From: an uncultured Verrucomicrobiae bacterium
Lineage (GTDB): Bacteria > Verrucomicrobiota > Verrucomicrobiia > Limisphaerales > Palsa-1400
DNA length: 64,000 bases
Direction: 5' to 3'
Assembly: GCA_963702845.1 (NCBI GenBank)
Contig: OY969763.1
Coordinates: 5,280,001 to 5,344,000, forward strand
Within the stretch, counting starts at the first letter, position 1; each line of letters opens with the position of its first letter. Below, piece by piece: positions 41,849 to 52,216 of the stretch. The position numbers and the translations under genes are program-made. A model generated the notes under the pieces. That model was not told where the DNA came from. It searched no databases and was given only the letters and a program-made list of their open reading frames with translations.

Positions 41849-44800
41849 ATGAGTCTAGCGCGAACATTCATTTTGCGCAGCCTGCGTTTTCACGCGCGCA
41901 GCCACGCCGGCACGATGCTCGGCGTCGCGGTGGCTACGGCGGTGCTCGTCGGCGCGCTCGCGGTGGGCGACTCGATGCGGGAAAGCTTGCGTGAGCTGAA
42001 TCTGCAACGCATCGGCCAAACGGATTTCGCTCTGCCCGGCAAAGACCGGCTGTTTCGCGCAGAGTTGGCGCGCGACTTTTCAGACGCTCAAATTTCAGCG
42101 GCTCCAGTTTTGTTTCTTCCGGGCACGGCGAGTAATCCAGACGCCTCCGCCCGTGCCAATCATGTCCAAATCCTCGGTGTCGACGAACAGTTTTGGTCGA
42201 TGGCTCCGTCCCCGTCGAATTTGAAACTCGACGGCGTGATGTTGAATGCCGCGCTCGCCGAGCAATTGCGCATCAAAGCTGGCGATTCGATCGTCCTGCG
42301 CATTCACAAACCGTCACTGGTTTCCGGCGAGGCTCCTGTTTCGCCGCGCGAACAGACATCTGTTTCGTTGCGCGTCCCGGTTGCAGGGATCGTTCGTGGA
42401 GATCGTTTCGGCGCATTCGGTTTGCAGGCGAGTCAAACCACCCCACTGAACGTCTACTGTACCGCTCGCCACCTTGCAGGCGGCCATCGAGCAACCGGGC
42501 AAAGCGAACTTGCTGCTGGTCCATGCGCCATCGGCAACTGTTCCTGAACTAACATCCCGGTTGCAAAAAACCTGGCGGCTCGCCGACGCGGAGGTGTCCA
42601 CACGCGAAGTTCCGGGCGGTGCGGAATTGCGGACCGATCGCGTCTTCATTGATCCGCCGGTGGTTCAAACGGTTTTGAAAACCGTCACAAACGCACAACT
42701 CGTCTCGACATATTTCGTCAACGAGTTACGCGCAGGCACGAACAGCACGCCCTATTCGATGGTCGCTGGAATTGGTGAGCCGATCGTCCAGCGCGATACG
42801 GCGGGTGACGAAATAATCATCAATCAATGGCTCGCCGATGATTTACACGTGAAGGCGGGCGATGAGTTGCAACTGACTTACCTCGTCCTCGCGGATTCTC
42901 AACGACTCGAAGAAAAACATAATCGATTCAAGATCCGCCAAATTGTGCCGTTGGAAGGCGCTGCCGCAGACAAAACGTTAATGCCCGACTTCCCCGGAAT
43001 CGCCAAGGCGGAGAAGACCGAAAATTGGGACGCTGGTTTCGCCATCGACATGAAGAAGATTCGTCCGAAAGACGAAGTGTATTGGAAACAGTTTCGCGGC
43101 ACACCGAAGGCATTCGTTACGTTGAAAACTGCGCAGAACATGTGGGGCAATCGATTCGGCGATTTTACGGCCATCCGGTTTCCGACGAACGACGTGGCGG
43201 CTGTCTCGGCGGCGGTGACAAAAAACCTCCAACCGTCAGCGTTCGGGTTCGCTTTCGAACCGATCAGACAACGCGCTCTCAACGCCGCGTCGCAATCCGA
43301 AGATTTCGGACAACTGTTTCTCGCGTTTAGTTTTTTTCTGATTGTTGCCGCGCTTATTTTGATGGCGTTGTTGTTCCAATTCGGCTTGGAACAACGCGCC
43401 ACTGAAACAGGAACGCTGCTGGCGATTGGATGGCGTGCGCCACAGGTGCGGCGCTTTGTTTTGATTGAAGGCGTCTTCGTCGCAGTCATCGGTGCGATCC
43501 TTGGCGTCATCGGCGGTTTGGTTTATGCCAACGCAATTTTATACGGACTGAAAACAATCTGGCGCGGCGCAGTTGGAACGTCTGCGCTCCAATTTCATGT
43601 TTCGATTTTGACGATTGTCATCGGATTGTTCGCATCCGCCCTACTTGCGCTGCTAGTGATCTGGTTTGTGCTCAAACGACAATCGAAACGACCTGCGCGT
43701 GAACTCCTGGAGAGAGGTTCGGAAAACGAACTCGTGGTTGTCGAACAGAAGCGCGCTTGGTCGAAATGGATCGCGATCGGCTCGCTGGTCGCAGCTATTG
43801 CACTGATTGGAACGGCGCTGGCGCAAAAACAATCGTCGTCGGCCGAAACATTTTTTGGCAGCGGTGCGCTACTCTTGATCGCTGGGCTTGCGGCGGTCAT
43901 GGTTTGGCTGCGAAAGCTCGGGGCCGTGGCACATACCACAGCACTCGATGTGCGTTCATTGGCGGTCCGAAGTTGCGCGCGCCGACGAAAGCGCAGTCTG
44001 GCCACTATCACCCTGCTCGCTTGCGGCACGTTTTTGATTGTGGCAGTTGAGGCGAATAAGTTGAGCGCCAATTCCGAAACTGGACGATCTTCGGGCGTCG
44101 GCGGCTTTTTGCTCATCGGCGAATCGTCACTGCCAATCGTCCAGGATCTGAACACCAAAGCCGGACGCGAATTTTTCGGATTGGATGAAGCACCGATGCG
44201 CGACACTTCCGTCGTGCAACTGCGCGTGCGTGATGGTGACGACGCGAGCTGCCTCAATCTCAATCATCCGCAATCGCCGCGCATCCTCGGCGTGAATTCC
44301 AAGACCTTGGAACAATTGCACGCATTCACGTTCAGCAAGGCGCTGAAAGGTGTTCAGCCATCATGGGCTTTATTGCGCGGTCAGGACTACGCCGTCCCTG
44401 CTATCGCGGATGAGAATTCTCTCGAGTGGTCGCTGCACAAAAGCGTCGGCGACGTTTTGGATTACACGGACCAACGCGGGCGCCCGTTCAAAATCCGCAT
44501 CGTCGGCTCTATCGCCAATTCCATCCTCCAAGGCAATCTCATCATCGACGAATCAGAGTTCATCAAACATTTCCCGGACGAGAGCGGTTATCGAATGATC
44601 CTTATCGACACACCGTCGAATAATGCAGCAGCCGTTGCCACCGCCTTGTCCCGTGGACTCGAAGATCGCGGTCTCGAAGTCACCAGCACCACGCAACGGC
44701 TCGACGCCTATAACGCCGTGCAGAATACATATCTAAACACGTTTCAGATTTTGGGCGGGCTCGGCCTTTTGCTCGGAACCGCAGGGCTTGGGGTTGTTGT

Positions 44801-45107
44801 TTTGAGGAATGTTTTGGAACGCCGGGCTGAACTCGCGCTGTTTACAGCCGTCGGCCTGCGCAGGCGGGTCCTCCGCAAACTAATCATCATGGAACACGGC
44901 GCACTTTTGTTGGTTGGTCTCTTGATTGGCATAGCGGCCGCACTTGTCGCAATCGTGCCGGTATTGCGCGGACCGATGCAGCAGGTAAATTATCGTGGGC
45001 TGTCAATCACGCTCGCAGTCGTCTGCGTCAGCGGATTGATTTGGACGTGGGTCGCGGCGCGCATTGCGTTGCGAGGTGAATTGTTAAAGGCGTTGAGAAA
45101 CGAATGA
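41849..45107 (+). pseudogene. large FtsX/MacB-type ABC permease, one extra base near 42458
   Basis: GVAVATAVLVGALAVGDS, EQR..E.GTLLAIG, ERRAELAL; reading shifts from NVY to VPLATLQ. Confidence 0.85.
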
Positions 45108-45829
45108 GTATGAAAGTTCCAAGCTCCAACATCCAAGCTCCAGGGAAACTTCAAATCTCAAACTCCAAATGGCGCACTCCGATACTTGGTGCTCGGTCAT
45201 TGGTGCTTCTCTGGAGCTTGGTGCTTGGATCTTGGAGCTTCGCCTCCCCTGCTCCTCTCTACACCAACAATTTCGAATCCGCCGAACTCGACAAAGTCCC
45301 CGATGACATGCTCGTTCTCGATGGCGCGTTTGCGGTGAAGCAAGACGGCTCAAACAAATTCCTCGAACTTCCCGGTGCTCCGTTGGACACGTTCGGCGTG
45401 CTCTTTGGTCCGACGACGAATGCCAACGTCACTGTAACCGCAAAAATATTCGGCTCCGGCAAAGGCCGCCGTTACCCGACATTTGGAGTGGGCATCAACG
45501 GCGCTGGCGGTTACAAACTCAAAGTCGCGCCATCCAAGGACAAGCTGGAGTTGTATAAAGGCGACGACGTGCTTATGACTGCGCCGTTCAAATGGAAGAG
45601 CGGAACGTGGACAACGTTTCGTCTGCAAGTGCGGCCGGCTGATGCGGGACAATGGGTCGTGGAAGGCCGCGCCTGGGATAGCTCTGGCAAAGAACCCGAA
45701 AAGTGGGATATCAGCTACAACGAAACTAAAGAACCGCCCCCCGGCCGCGCGTCCGTCGCCGGAAGCCCTTACTCCGGCACGCCAATTCGATTCGACGACT
45801 TGTCGGTAACGGCAATCACGCAAAAATAG
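45104..45829 (+). CDS. exported beta-sandwich (ConA-like) hypothetical protein
   Basis: ATGA-coupled to the permease; signal-like N-terminus; beta-rich body. Confidence 0.75.
   Translation: MSMKVPSSNIQAPGKLQISNSKWRTPILGARSLVLLWSLVLGSWSFASPAPLYTNNFESAELDKVPDDMLVLDGAFAVKQDGSNKFLELPGAPLDTFGVLFGPTTNANVTVTAKIFGSGKGRRYPTFGVGINGAGGYKLKVAPSKDKLELYKGDDVLMTAPFKWKSGTWTTFRLQVRPADAGQWVVEGRAWDSSGKEPEKWDISYNETKEPPPGRASVAGSPYSGTPIRFDDLSVTAITQK
45114..45240. repeat. 127-bp imperfect palindrome built from AAGCTCC heptamers
   Basis: Arms 45114-45170 and 45184-45240 align ungapped at 40/57 by hand count. Confidence 0.85.
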
Positions 45830-45839
45830 CGGCCGCTCG

Positions 45840-46730
45840 CTAAAGCTCTTTGCCCGTCAGTTTGCGATACGCCTCCAAATACTTGTCGGTCGTTTTCGCG
45901 ACCACGTCCGACGGTAGCTTCGGTCCCGGCGGTTTCTTGTCCCAGGTGAGTGTTTCGAGATAGTCGCGCACGAATTGCTTGTCGAAACTCGGTTGACCGC
46001 GCCCTTCTTTATATTGGTCGGCGGGCCAGAACCGAGACGAATCAGGCGTGAGCACTTCGTCGATGAGGATAAGCTTACCGTTTTCCAAACCGAATTCGAA
46101 TTTCGTGTCGGCGATGATAATCCCGCGCTTGAGTGCGTATTCCACCGCGAACGAATAAATCTTCAGGCTCAAATCGCGCGCTTGTTCGGCGATGTCGCGC
46201 CCAGTGATTTTGCACGCTTCTTCAAACGAAATGTTCTCGTCGTGACCGGTTTCAGCTTTTGTTGCGGGTGTGAAAATAGGTTCCGGCAAACGGGACGATT
46301 CTTTCAAGCCAGCAGGCAAATTGATTCCGCAGATCGCGCCGGTTTTCTGATAATCCTTCCAACCCGAACCGCACAAGTAACCCCGCACGACACATTCAAT
46401 GGCCAGCGGCTGCGTCTTTTTCACGACCATGCTGCGACGTCCGAGTTGCGCGGAATAGTTTTGCAACTGCGCAGGCAACGGATCGTTCGCGCGAGAGACG
46501 AGATGGTTCGGCACGAGCTGCTCGGTTTGGGAAAACCAGAAGTAAGAAATTTGCGTGAGTACCTCGCCTTTGCGCGGGATGCCGTTGGGCATAATCACGT
46601 CGAAAGCAGAGATGCGATCGCTCGCAACGAAAAGGAGATTGGGGCCGAGGTCGAAGATTTCGCGGACCTTGCCACTGCGGACTTTCGGAATCCTTGGCAA
46701 ATCCAAGTTTAACAGCGGCTCGTTTGGCAT
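45840..46730 (-). CDS. purC: SAICAR synthase
   Basis: [34 protein letters not shown]. Confidence 0.97.
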   Translation of the reverse strand: MPNEPLLNLDLPRIPKVRSGKVREIFDLGPNLLFVASDRISAFDVIMPNGIPRKGEVLTQISYFWFSQTEQLVPNHLVSRANDPLPAQLQNYSAQLGRRSMVVKKTQPLAIECVVRGYLCGSGWKDYQKTGAICGINLPAGLKESSRLPEPIFTPATKAETGHDENISFEEACKITGRDIAEQARDLSLKIYSFAVEYALKRGIIIADTKFEFGLENGKLILIDEVLTPDSSRFWPADQYKEGRGQPSFDKQFVRDYLETLTWDKKPPGPKLPSDVVAKTTDKYLEAYRKLTGKEL

Positions 46731-46820
46731 CACGCTTGAATAAACGCCTTACAGCCATTGTCAAGAACGCGGAGATTTTCCGTCGTGTTAAATCAGGGAA
46801 TTCATGTCTACATTGCTTCA

Positions 46821-47549
46821 GTGTCCGAGACTTTAGTCATCAACGAAATCTACATCAGCCTGCAGGGCGAAAGCACTTTTGCCGGGTTGCCGTGCATTTT
46901 TGTGCGGCTGACGGCCTGTAATTTGCGCTGCTCGTATTGCGATACAGCCTACGCGTTCAAAGAAGGTTCGAAGACGGCGCTCGGTGATGTGCTTGTGCGC
47001 ATCGACGATCTGGCGAAACCTTATGCCGAAAGAAAACCGCGCCTGCCAATGGTTGAACTCACTGGCGGCGAACCGCTGCTGCAAAAGGCGTCGCTGCCGT
47101 TGATGAAGGAATTGTGTGATCGCGGATTCACGGTATTGATTGAAACGAGCGGCGCGTTAGATATTTCGCAAGTTGACCCACGCGTTCATCGCATCATGGA
47201 TTTGAAATGTCCGAGCAGCGGCGAGGTGGAGCGCAATCGGTTTGAAAACATTCCTCAGTTGAAATCAACAGACGAAATCAAATTCGTCATCGGCACACAA
47301 CAGGATTACGACTGGGCCAAGGACCAACTCGCCAAATATAAATTGGCTGAAATTTGTCCGCTTCTTTTTTCCTGGGTCAGCCCCTTGCTGCCGCATCAGC
47401 AGGACAAAGCGTTGAAGCCGGTGCCGGCGAACCAAACTGCGATTTCCCGGCTTGAGCTCGTTGAGAAAATTGTCGCGGACGCGCTGCCGGTGCGTTTCCA
47501 ATTGCAGATGCACAAGTTCATTTGGCCGTCCGACCAAAAAGGCGTGTGA
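46821..47549 (+). CDS. queE: 7-carboxy-7-deazaguanine synthase (radical SAM)
   Basis: SLQGE, CNLRCSYCDT, TGGEP, QMHK. Confidence 0.88.
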   Translation: MSETLVINEIYISLQGESTFAGLPCIFVRLTACNLRCSYCDTAYAFKEGSKTALGDVLVRIDDLAKPYAERKPRLPMVELTGGEPLLQKASLPLMKELCDRGFTVLIETSGALDISQVDPRVHRIMDLKCPSSGEVERNRFENIPQLKSTDEIKFVIGTQQDYDWAKDQLAKYKLAEICPLLFSWVSPLLPHQQDKALKPVPANQTAISRLELVEKIVADALPVRFQLQMHKFIWPSDQKGV

Positions 47550-47550
47550 C

Positions 47551-48831
47551 GTGAAGAGTAAAACACAACGCGTTCTCAATCTGCTCCGCGAGTTCGAATC
47601 GCCGAACGTCACGTTCATCGACCCCGAAGGCGGTTGGCCCATCGTGTGGGAACGCGCCCGCGGGACGTATGTGTGGGACGTCGAAGGAAAACGTTACCTC
47701 GATTTAACCGCGGCGTTCGGCGTTGCAGCTGCTGGCCATGCCAACCCGCGCGTGGTTGCAGCCGGTCAACGGCAAATGGCGAAACTCTCGCACGCTATGG
47801 GCGACGTTCATCCGCACGCGCTCAAGGCGCAACTCGCGCGCGAACTCAGTCGCATCACTTTCAAGCGATGGAATTCATCAGGCGCAAAAACAGTATTTAC
47901 CAACTCGGGTTTCGAAGCAGTCGAGGCGGCCCTGAAGACGGCCATGCTCGCCACCGGCAAGTCGGGTGTGATTGCGTTTCAGGACGCCTACCATGGACTC
48001 GGTTACGGCGCGCTCTCCGCAACCCATCGCGCCCATTTTCGTTCGCCATTCAAATCACAACTCGGCGGGTTCGGACACTTCGCTGCATTTCCAAAAACCA
48101 GCGCTGCATTGGCCGAGACCGAACGGCAGCTTCAAAAACTCTTTCGCTCGCGAAAAATCGGCGCGCTTTTGGTGGAACCAATTCAAGTCCGTGGCGGCGT
48201 GAATGTCCCTCCTGCCAGATTTCTGCCGATGTTGCGCAAGCTGTGCGATAGGCACAAAGCGTTGCTCGTGCTGGACGAGATTTACACCGGGTTCGGTCGC
48301 ACCGGAAGATGGTTCGCTTGCGAACACGCGCGCGTTGTTCCCGATATTATCTGCTTGGGCAAAGCGCTGACCGGTGGGTTTCCGCTCTCAGCCTGTGTTG
48401 GGCGCGCAGAAATGATGGATCGCGCGTGGCCCGTTTCGACCGGCGAAGCGATTCATACCAGCACGTTCCTTGGAAATCCCGTCGGCTGTGCGATGGCGCT
48501 GGCGCAGATTCAGGAGATTGAAAAGAAACGCTTAGTCGATCACAGCGCGAACGTCGGTGAATTCGCGCTGAAACTATTGCGATCGGAATTTCGCGATTTG
48601 AAAATTCGCGGCAAAGGTTTGCTCATCGGCCTCGAACTCACCAGGAACGACGGCTCTCCCGATACGAACCGGTCGCTCGCCGTGATCAAGCGCATGCTCG
48701 CGCGCGGGTTCGTTCTTTTACCCGAAGGCGAGCACGCCAACGTCATCAGCCTCACTCCACCACTAATTATTTCCGAAGCACAGATTCGCGCGACCGCGAC
48801 AGCGTTGCGCAAGGAATTGGAGATCGCCTGA
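47551..48831 (+). CDS. class III PLP aminotransferase (GabT/ArgD-like)
   Basis: SGFEAVEAA, EPIQ..GG, DEIYTGFGRTG, LGKALTGG. Confidence 0.92.
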   Translation: MKSKTQRVLNLLREFESPNVTFIDPEGGWPIVWERARGTYVWDVEGKRYLDLTAAFGVAAAGHANPRVVAAGQRQMAKLSHAMGDVHPHALKAQLARELSRITFKRWNSSGAKTVFTNSGFEAVEAALKTAMLATGKSGVIAFQDAYHGLGYGALSATHRAHFRSPFKSQLGGFGHFAAFPKTSAALAETERQLQKLFRSRKIGALLVEPIQVRGGVNVPPARFLPMLRKLCDRHKALLVLDEIYTGFGRTGRWFACEHARVVPDIICLGKALTGGFPLSACVGRAEMMDRAWPVSTGEAIHTSTFLGNPVGCAMALAQIQEIEKKRLVDHSANVGEFALKLLRSEFRDLKIRGKGLLIGLELTRNDGSPDTNRSLAVIKRMLARGFVLLPEGEHANVISLTPPLIISEAQIRATATALRKELEIA

Positions 48832-49655
48832 TGAAGTTATCGGAGATGAAATCCATTATCGCTGAGCACAACCTCACGCTGACCAAGTCGCTCGGGCAAA
48901 ACTTTCTCCACGATCGCAATCAGCTCATTCGCATCGCCGCTGCGGCTGAGTTGTCGAAAGCGGACAAAGTTCTGGAGATCGGTCCAGGGCTCGGACCGCT
49001 CACGGAATTATTGTTGGAACAATCCGGACATGTGCTCGCCATAGAAAAAGACCAGCGTCTGTTTCTGTTGTTGCAGCAGCGCTTTGGTGAAAACACTGCA
49101 ATCGAATTGCTCCACGCCGATGCATTGGACTATGTGAAAGAGCATCGTGAATGGGCCGGTTGGAAATTGGTTTCCAACCTCCCCTACTCTGTTGCCTCAC
49201 CCATCCTGGTCGAGTTGGCACAAGCTGCGAATCCTCCAGAGCGCATCGTCGCGACATTGCAGATTGAAGTCGCGCTACGGATTTGCGCGGAGCCCGACAC
49301 GGATCATTACGGTTTGCTGACGTTGCTGTTACAAGCGGTGTATGAACCGCGCGAATGGTTCAAGATTCCGGCCGTGTGTTTTTTTCCGTCGCCCGATGTG
49401 GATTCAGCATGCATCACCCTGGTGCGACGCCCGGAGCCATTGCTCACGCCCGAACAGCTCAAGCTCTTCACACGCATTGTGAAGCTGGCCTTCTCGCAAC
49501 GTCGCAAAATGATGCATAAACTGCTCAAGAGCCAATGGCCGGTCGAAAAGCTAACTGCCGCGCTGAACACGCTGGGCATTTCCCTCCAGATCCGCGCCGA
49601 AAAACTTTCGCTCCTGCAATTTGTCGAACTAACGAAACTTTTGACCGCGCCATGA
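48831..49655 (+). CDS. rsmA: 16S rRNA adenine dimethyltransferase
   Basis: LGQNFL, EIGPGLG, NLPY, QRRK. Confidence 0.96.
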   Translation: MKLSEMKSIIAEHNLTLTKSLGQNFLHDRNQLIRIAAAAELSKADKVLEIGPGLGPLTELLLEQSGHVLAIEKDQRLFLLLQQRFGENTAIELLHADALDYVKEHREWAGWKLVSNLPYSVASPILVELAQAANPPERIVATLQIEVALRICAEPDTDHYGLLTLLLQAVYEPREWFKIPAVCFFPSPDVDSACITLVRRPEPLLTPEQLKLFTRIVKLAFSQRRKMMHKLLKSQWPVEKLTAALNTLGISLQIRAEKLSLLQFVELTKLLTAP

Positions 49656-50161
49656 GCGAAGAGATTTTTGATATCGTTGATGATCGCGACCAGGTGATCG
49701 GTCAATGCCCGCGAAGCGAGGTGCATCGCGTCGGGCACAAACATCGCGCCATTCACGTGCTGGTGTTTAATTCGCGCGGTGAAGTGTTTTTGCAGAAACG
49801 CTCGATGAGCAAAGACACGCATCCCGGCGTGTGGGATTCGTCGTCGTCGGGGCACTTGGATTGCGGTGAAGATTACGATGCGTGCGCCATTCGCGAATTG
49901 CGCGAGGAAATCGGGCTCGTCATCGACAAGGCTCCGCAACGGTTGTTCAAGATCGACGCGTGCGTTAAAACCGGCCAGGAATTTGTCTGGGTCTATAAAC
50001 GCCATTCCGATGGACCATTCACGTTGCACCCTGAAGAGATTGAGCGCGGCGATTGGTTCAGTCCTGCTTACGTGACCGAATGGATCGCACGCGCTCCGCA
50101 GGACTTCGCACCGGCGTTTGTTTTGATTTGGCAATTACTGCACAAACTATTAGTGACGTAG
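49652..50161 (+). CDS. Nudix hydrolase (Idi/YfcD-like)
   Basis: LQKRS..KD..PG.WD, GE....AIRELREEIG. Confidence 0.88.
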   Translation: MSEEIFDIVDDRDQVIGQCPRSEVHRVGHKHRAIHVLVFNSRGEVFLQKRSMSKDTHPGVWDSSSSGHLDCGEDYDACAIRELREEIGLVIDKAPQRLFKIDACVKTGQEFVWVYKRHSDGPFTLHPEEIERGDWFSPAYVTEWIARAPQDFAPAFVLIWQLLHKLLVT

Positions 50162-50203
50162 CTGCTCTACAACAAACTTGCTACCCAGCCCAGCGCATCA
50201 CCC

Positions 50204-52150
50204 TTACTGACAACCGCCATTTTCCGACTCTGTTTCAGCGGCAGGCGGCGGCCCCTGTTTCAGCCAAACCATCAGCAAACCGACGTCCGACGGCGTCACG
50301 CCCGAGATGCGCGAGGCCTGGCCTAGGGTGGCTGGCTGGATTTTGGCCAGCTTTTGGCGGGCTTCGGTGCGCAGGCTGGGGACTTTAGCGTAGTCGATCC
50401 AGTTAGGAATTTGCTTGTCTTCCAAGTTCTTTAGTTTAGCCACTTCACTTTCCTGCCGGACAATATAGCCTTCGTATTTGAGAGCGATCTCCACCTGCTC
50501 TACCACATCCAGCGGCAGATCGGTCCGGGCGCACGGCATGGTGGCGTAGGTCGATTCGGGCCGACGAAGAATTTGGGCCAGAGAATCTTGGCCGACGCGG
50601 GTCTTTTCCAGGCGATCCAACTCGGTCTCAAAAGCCTCTTTCTTAGCCACGAACGTCTTGTAATTCCGCGCGGGCAACAGGCCGAGGTCGTAACCGGTCT
50701 GGCTCAGGCGCATGTCGGCGTTGTCCTGGCGCAGGAGTAAGCGATACTCCGCGCGCGAGGTGAACATACGATAAGGCTCGACCGTCCCCTTGGTAACAAG
50801 ATCGTCGATGAGCACGCCTATATATGCTTCGTTGCGTCGGAGGATCATCGGATCCTTTTGCTGAACCCGGCGGGAAGCGTTGATGCCGGCAACGAGACCT
50901 TGCGCACCGGCTTCTTCGTAGCCGGAGGTGCCATTAATTTGGCCGGCCAAAAACAGGTTCCGGCAAACCTTAGTTTCCAACGACGAATGCAGTTGGGTAG
51001 GGAATGCGAAGTCGTATTCGACCGCGTACGCTGGGCGCATGATCTCGGCATTCTCACAACCAATGATCGTGCGGACCATGTCGTGTTGGACCTCGAACGG
51101 CAGGCAGGTCGAGAAACCGTTGACGTAAATTTCGTCGGTGGCGATGCCCTCCGGTTCCAGAAAAATTTGCTGCCGCTCCTTGTCCGGAAACTTCACGATT
51201 TTGTCTTCGATGGACGGACAATAGCGCGGGCCGACGCCTTCGATCACGCCGGAATACATCGGCGACTTGTGCAGGTTCTTGCGGATAATCTCGACCGTAG
51301 CATCGGTCGTATAAGTGATATAGCACGGGAGCTGACCATTGATTTGGTCAACGATCGAGCCGGGTGGATACTTGCGTTGGGGGACCGCCTGTTCCACATG
51401 GAACAACTGTGGCGGCTGCGGTTCACCCGATTGTTCCACGTGGAACAAATCGTCTTTCCAGTAAGTGAACCAGGGAACAGGATCGTCGCCCGGTTGCTCC
51501 TGCGTTCTAGAAAAATCGATGCTCTTGCGAACAAGGCGGGGTGGGGTGCCGGTCTTGAGTCGGCCGAGTTCCAAACCGAGTTCCGCCAGCGAACCAGACA
51601 ACCCCATCGCAGCCGCCTCCCCTGCCCGTCCGCCGGATTGCTGATTTTGGCCGATGTGCATCAGGCCACGCAAAAACGTCCCGGTCGTGATTACAACCGT
51701 GCTGGAATGATACTGCACTTCGAGCGTCGTCTCGACCCCATAAGCCTCACCATTCTTGTGCAGGATTTTGGCGGTCTGGCCCTGTTTGCAATCCAGATGT
51801 TCCTGACGTTCGCAAATCCATTTAAGTCGAAATTGGTATGCCTTCTTATCGCACTGTGCGCGCGGCGCCCAAACGGACGGACCCTTCTTGGTGTTCAGCA
51901 TCCGGAACTGCAGACCGGTCATGTCCGTTACTTTGCCCATCTCGCCACCCAAAGCGTCGATCTCGCGGGTGAGGTGGCCCTTGGCCAAACCGCCGATGGC
52001 CGGGTTGCACGACATCTGTCCGATGGTGTCGAGATTGGTGGTCAGGAGCAACGTCTCACAACCCATACGGGCGGCGGAGAGAGCGGCTTCGACCCCGGCA
52101 TGGCCGGCGCCAACGACGATAACATCATACTTTTTTGGATAGATAAACAT
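50204..52150 (-). CDS. mnmG: tRNA uridine-5-carboxymethylaminomethyl(34) synthesis enzyme
   Basis: GAGHAG, MSCNPAIGG, KTGTPPR, GPRYCPSIEDK, GQINGTSGYEEA. Confidence 0.98.
   Translation of the reverse strand: MFIYPKKYDVIVVGAGHAGVEAALSAARMGCETLLLTTNLDTIGQMSCNPAIGGLAKGHLTREIDALGGEMGKVTDMTGLQFRMLNTKKGPSVWAPRAQCDKKAYQFRLKWICERQEHLDCKQGQTAKILHKNGEAYGVETTLEVQYHSSTVVITTGTFLRGLMHIGQNQQSGGRAGEAAAMGLSGSLAELGLELGRLKTGTPPRLVRKSIDFSRTQEQPGDDPVPWFTYWKDDLFHVEQSGEPQPPQLFHVEQAVPQRKYPPGSIVDQINGQLPCYITYTTDATVEIIRKNLHKSPMYSGVIEGVGPRYCPSIEDKIVKFPDKERQQIFLEPEGIATDEIYVNGFSTCLPFEVQHDMVRTIIGCENAEIMRPAYAVEYDFAFPTQLHSSLETKVCRNLFLAGQINGTSGYEEAGAQGLVAGINASRRVQQKDPMILRRNEAYIGVLIDDLVTKGTVEPYRMFTSRAEYRLLLRQDNADMRLSQTGYDLGLLPARNYKTFVAKKEAFETELDRLEKTRVGQDSLAQILRRPESTYATMPCARTDLPLDVVEQVEIALKYEGYIVRQESEVAKLKNLEDKQIPNWIDYAKVPSLRTEARQKLAKIQPATLGQASRISGVTPSDVGLLMVWLKQGPPPAAETESENGGCQ
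51390..51405. other. parS-like site within mnmG
   Basis: TGTTCCACATGGAACA, one mismatch from a perfect palindrome. Confidence 0.8.
51432..51447. other. parS-like site within mnmG
   Basis: TGTTCCACGTGGAACA perfect palindrome, close to the parS consensus TGTTTCACGTGAAACA. Confidence 0.9.
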
Positions 52151-52189
52151 GTGCTAAAAACTAGAACGCCGGACGGCATCTGACAGAAT

Positions 52190-52205
52190 TGTTCCACGTG
52201 GAACA
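52190..52205. other. parS-like site between pgi and mnmG
   Basis: ATTGTTCCACGTGGAACAAT, 20-bp perfect palindrome at 52188-52207. Confidence 0.9.
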
Positions 52206-52216
52206 ATGGATCGTGA

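Noticed and set aside
45114..45240. CRISPR-like array
   Set aside because: Heptamer palindrome with no repeat-spacer structure and no cas genes.
46821..48831. queE plus aminotransferase as a DNA-modification (Dpd) or novel biosynthetic cluster
   Set aside because: No dpdA or other que genes; the context is housekeeping (purC, rsmA).
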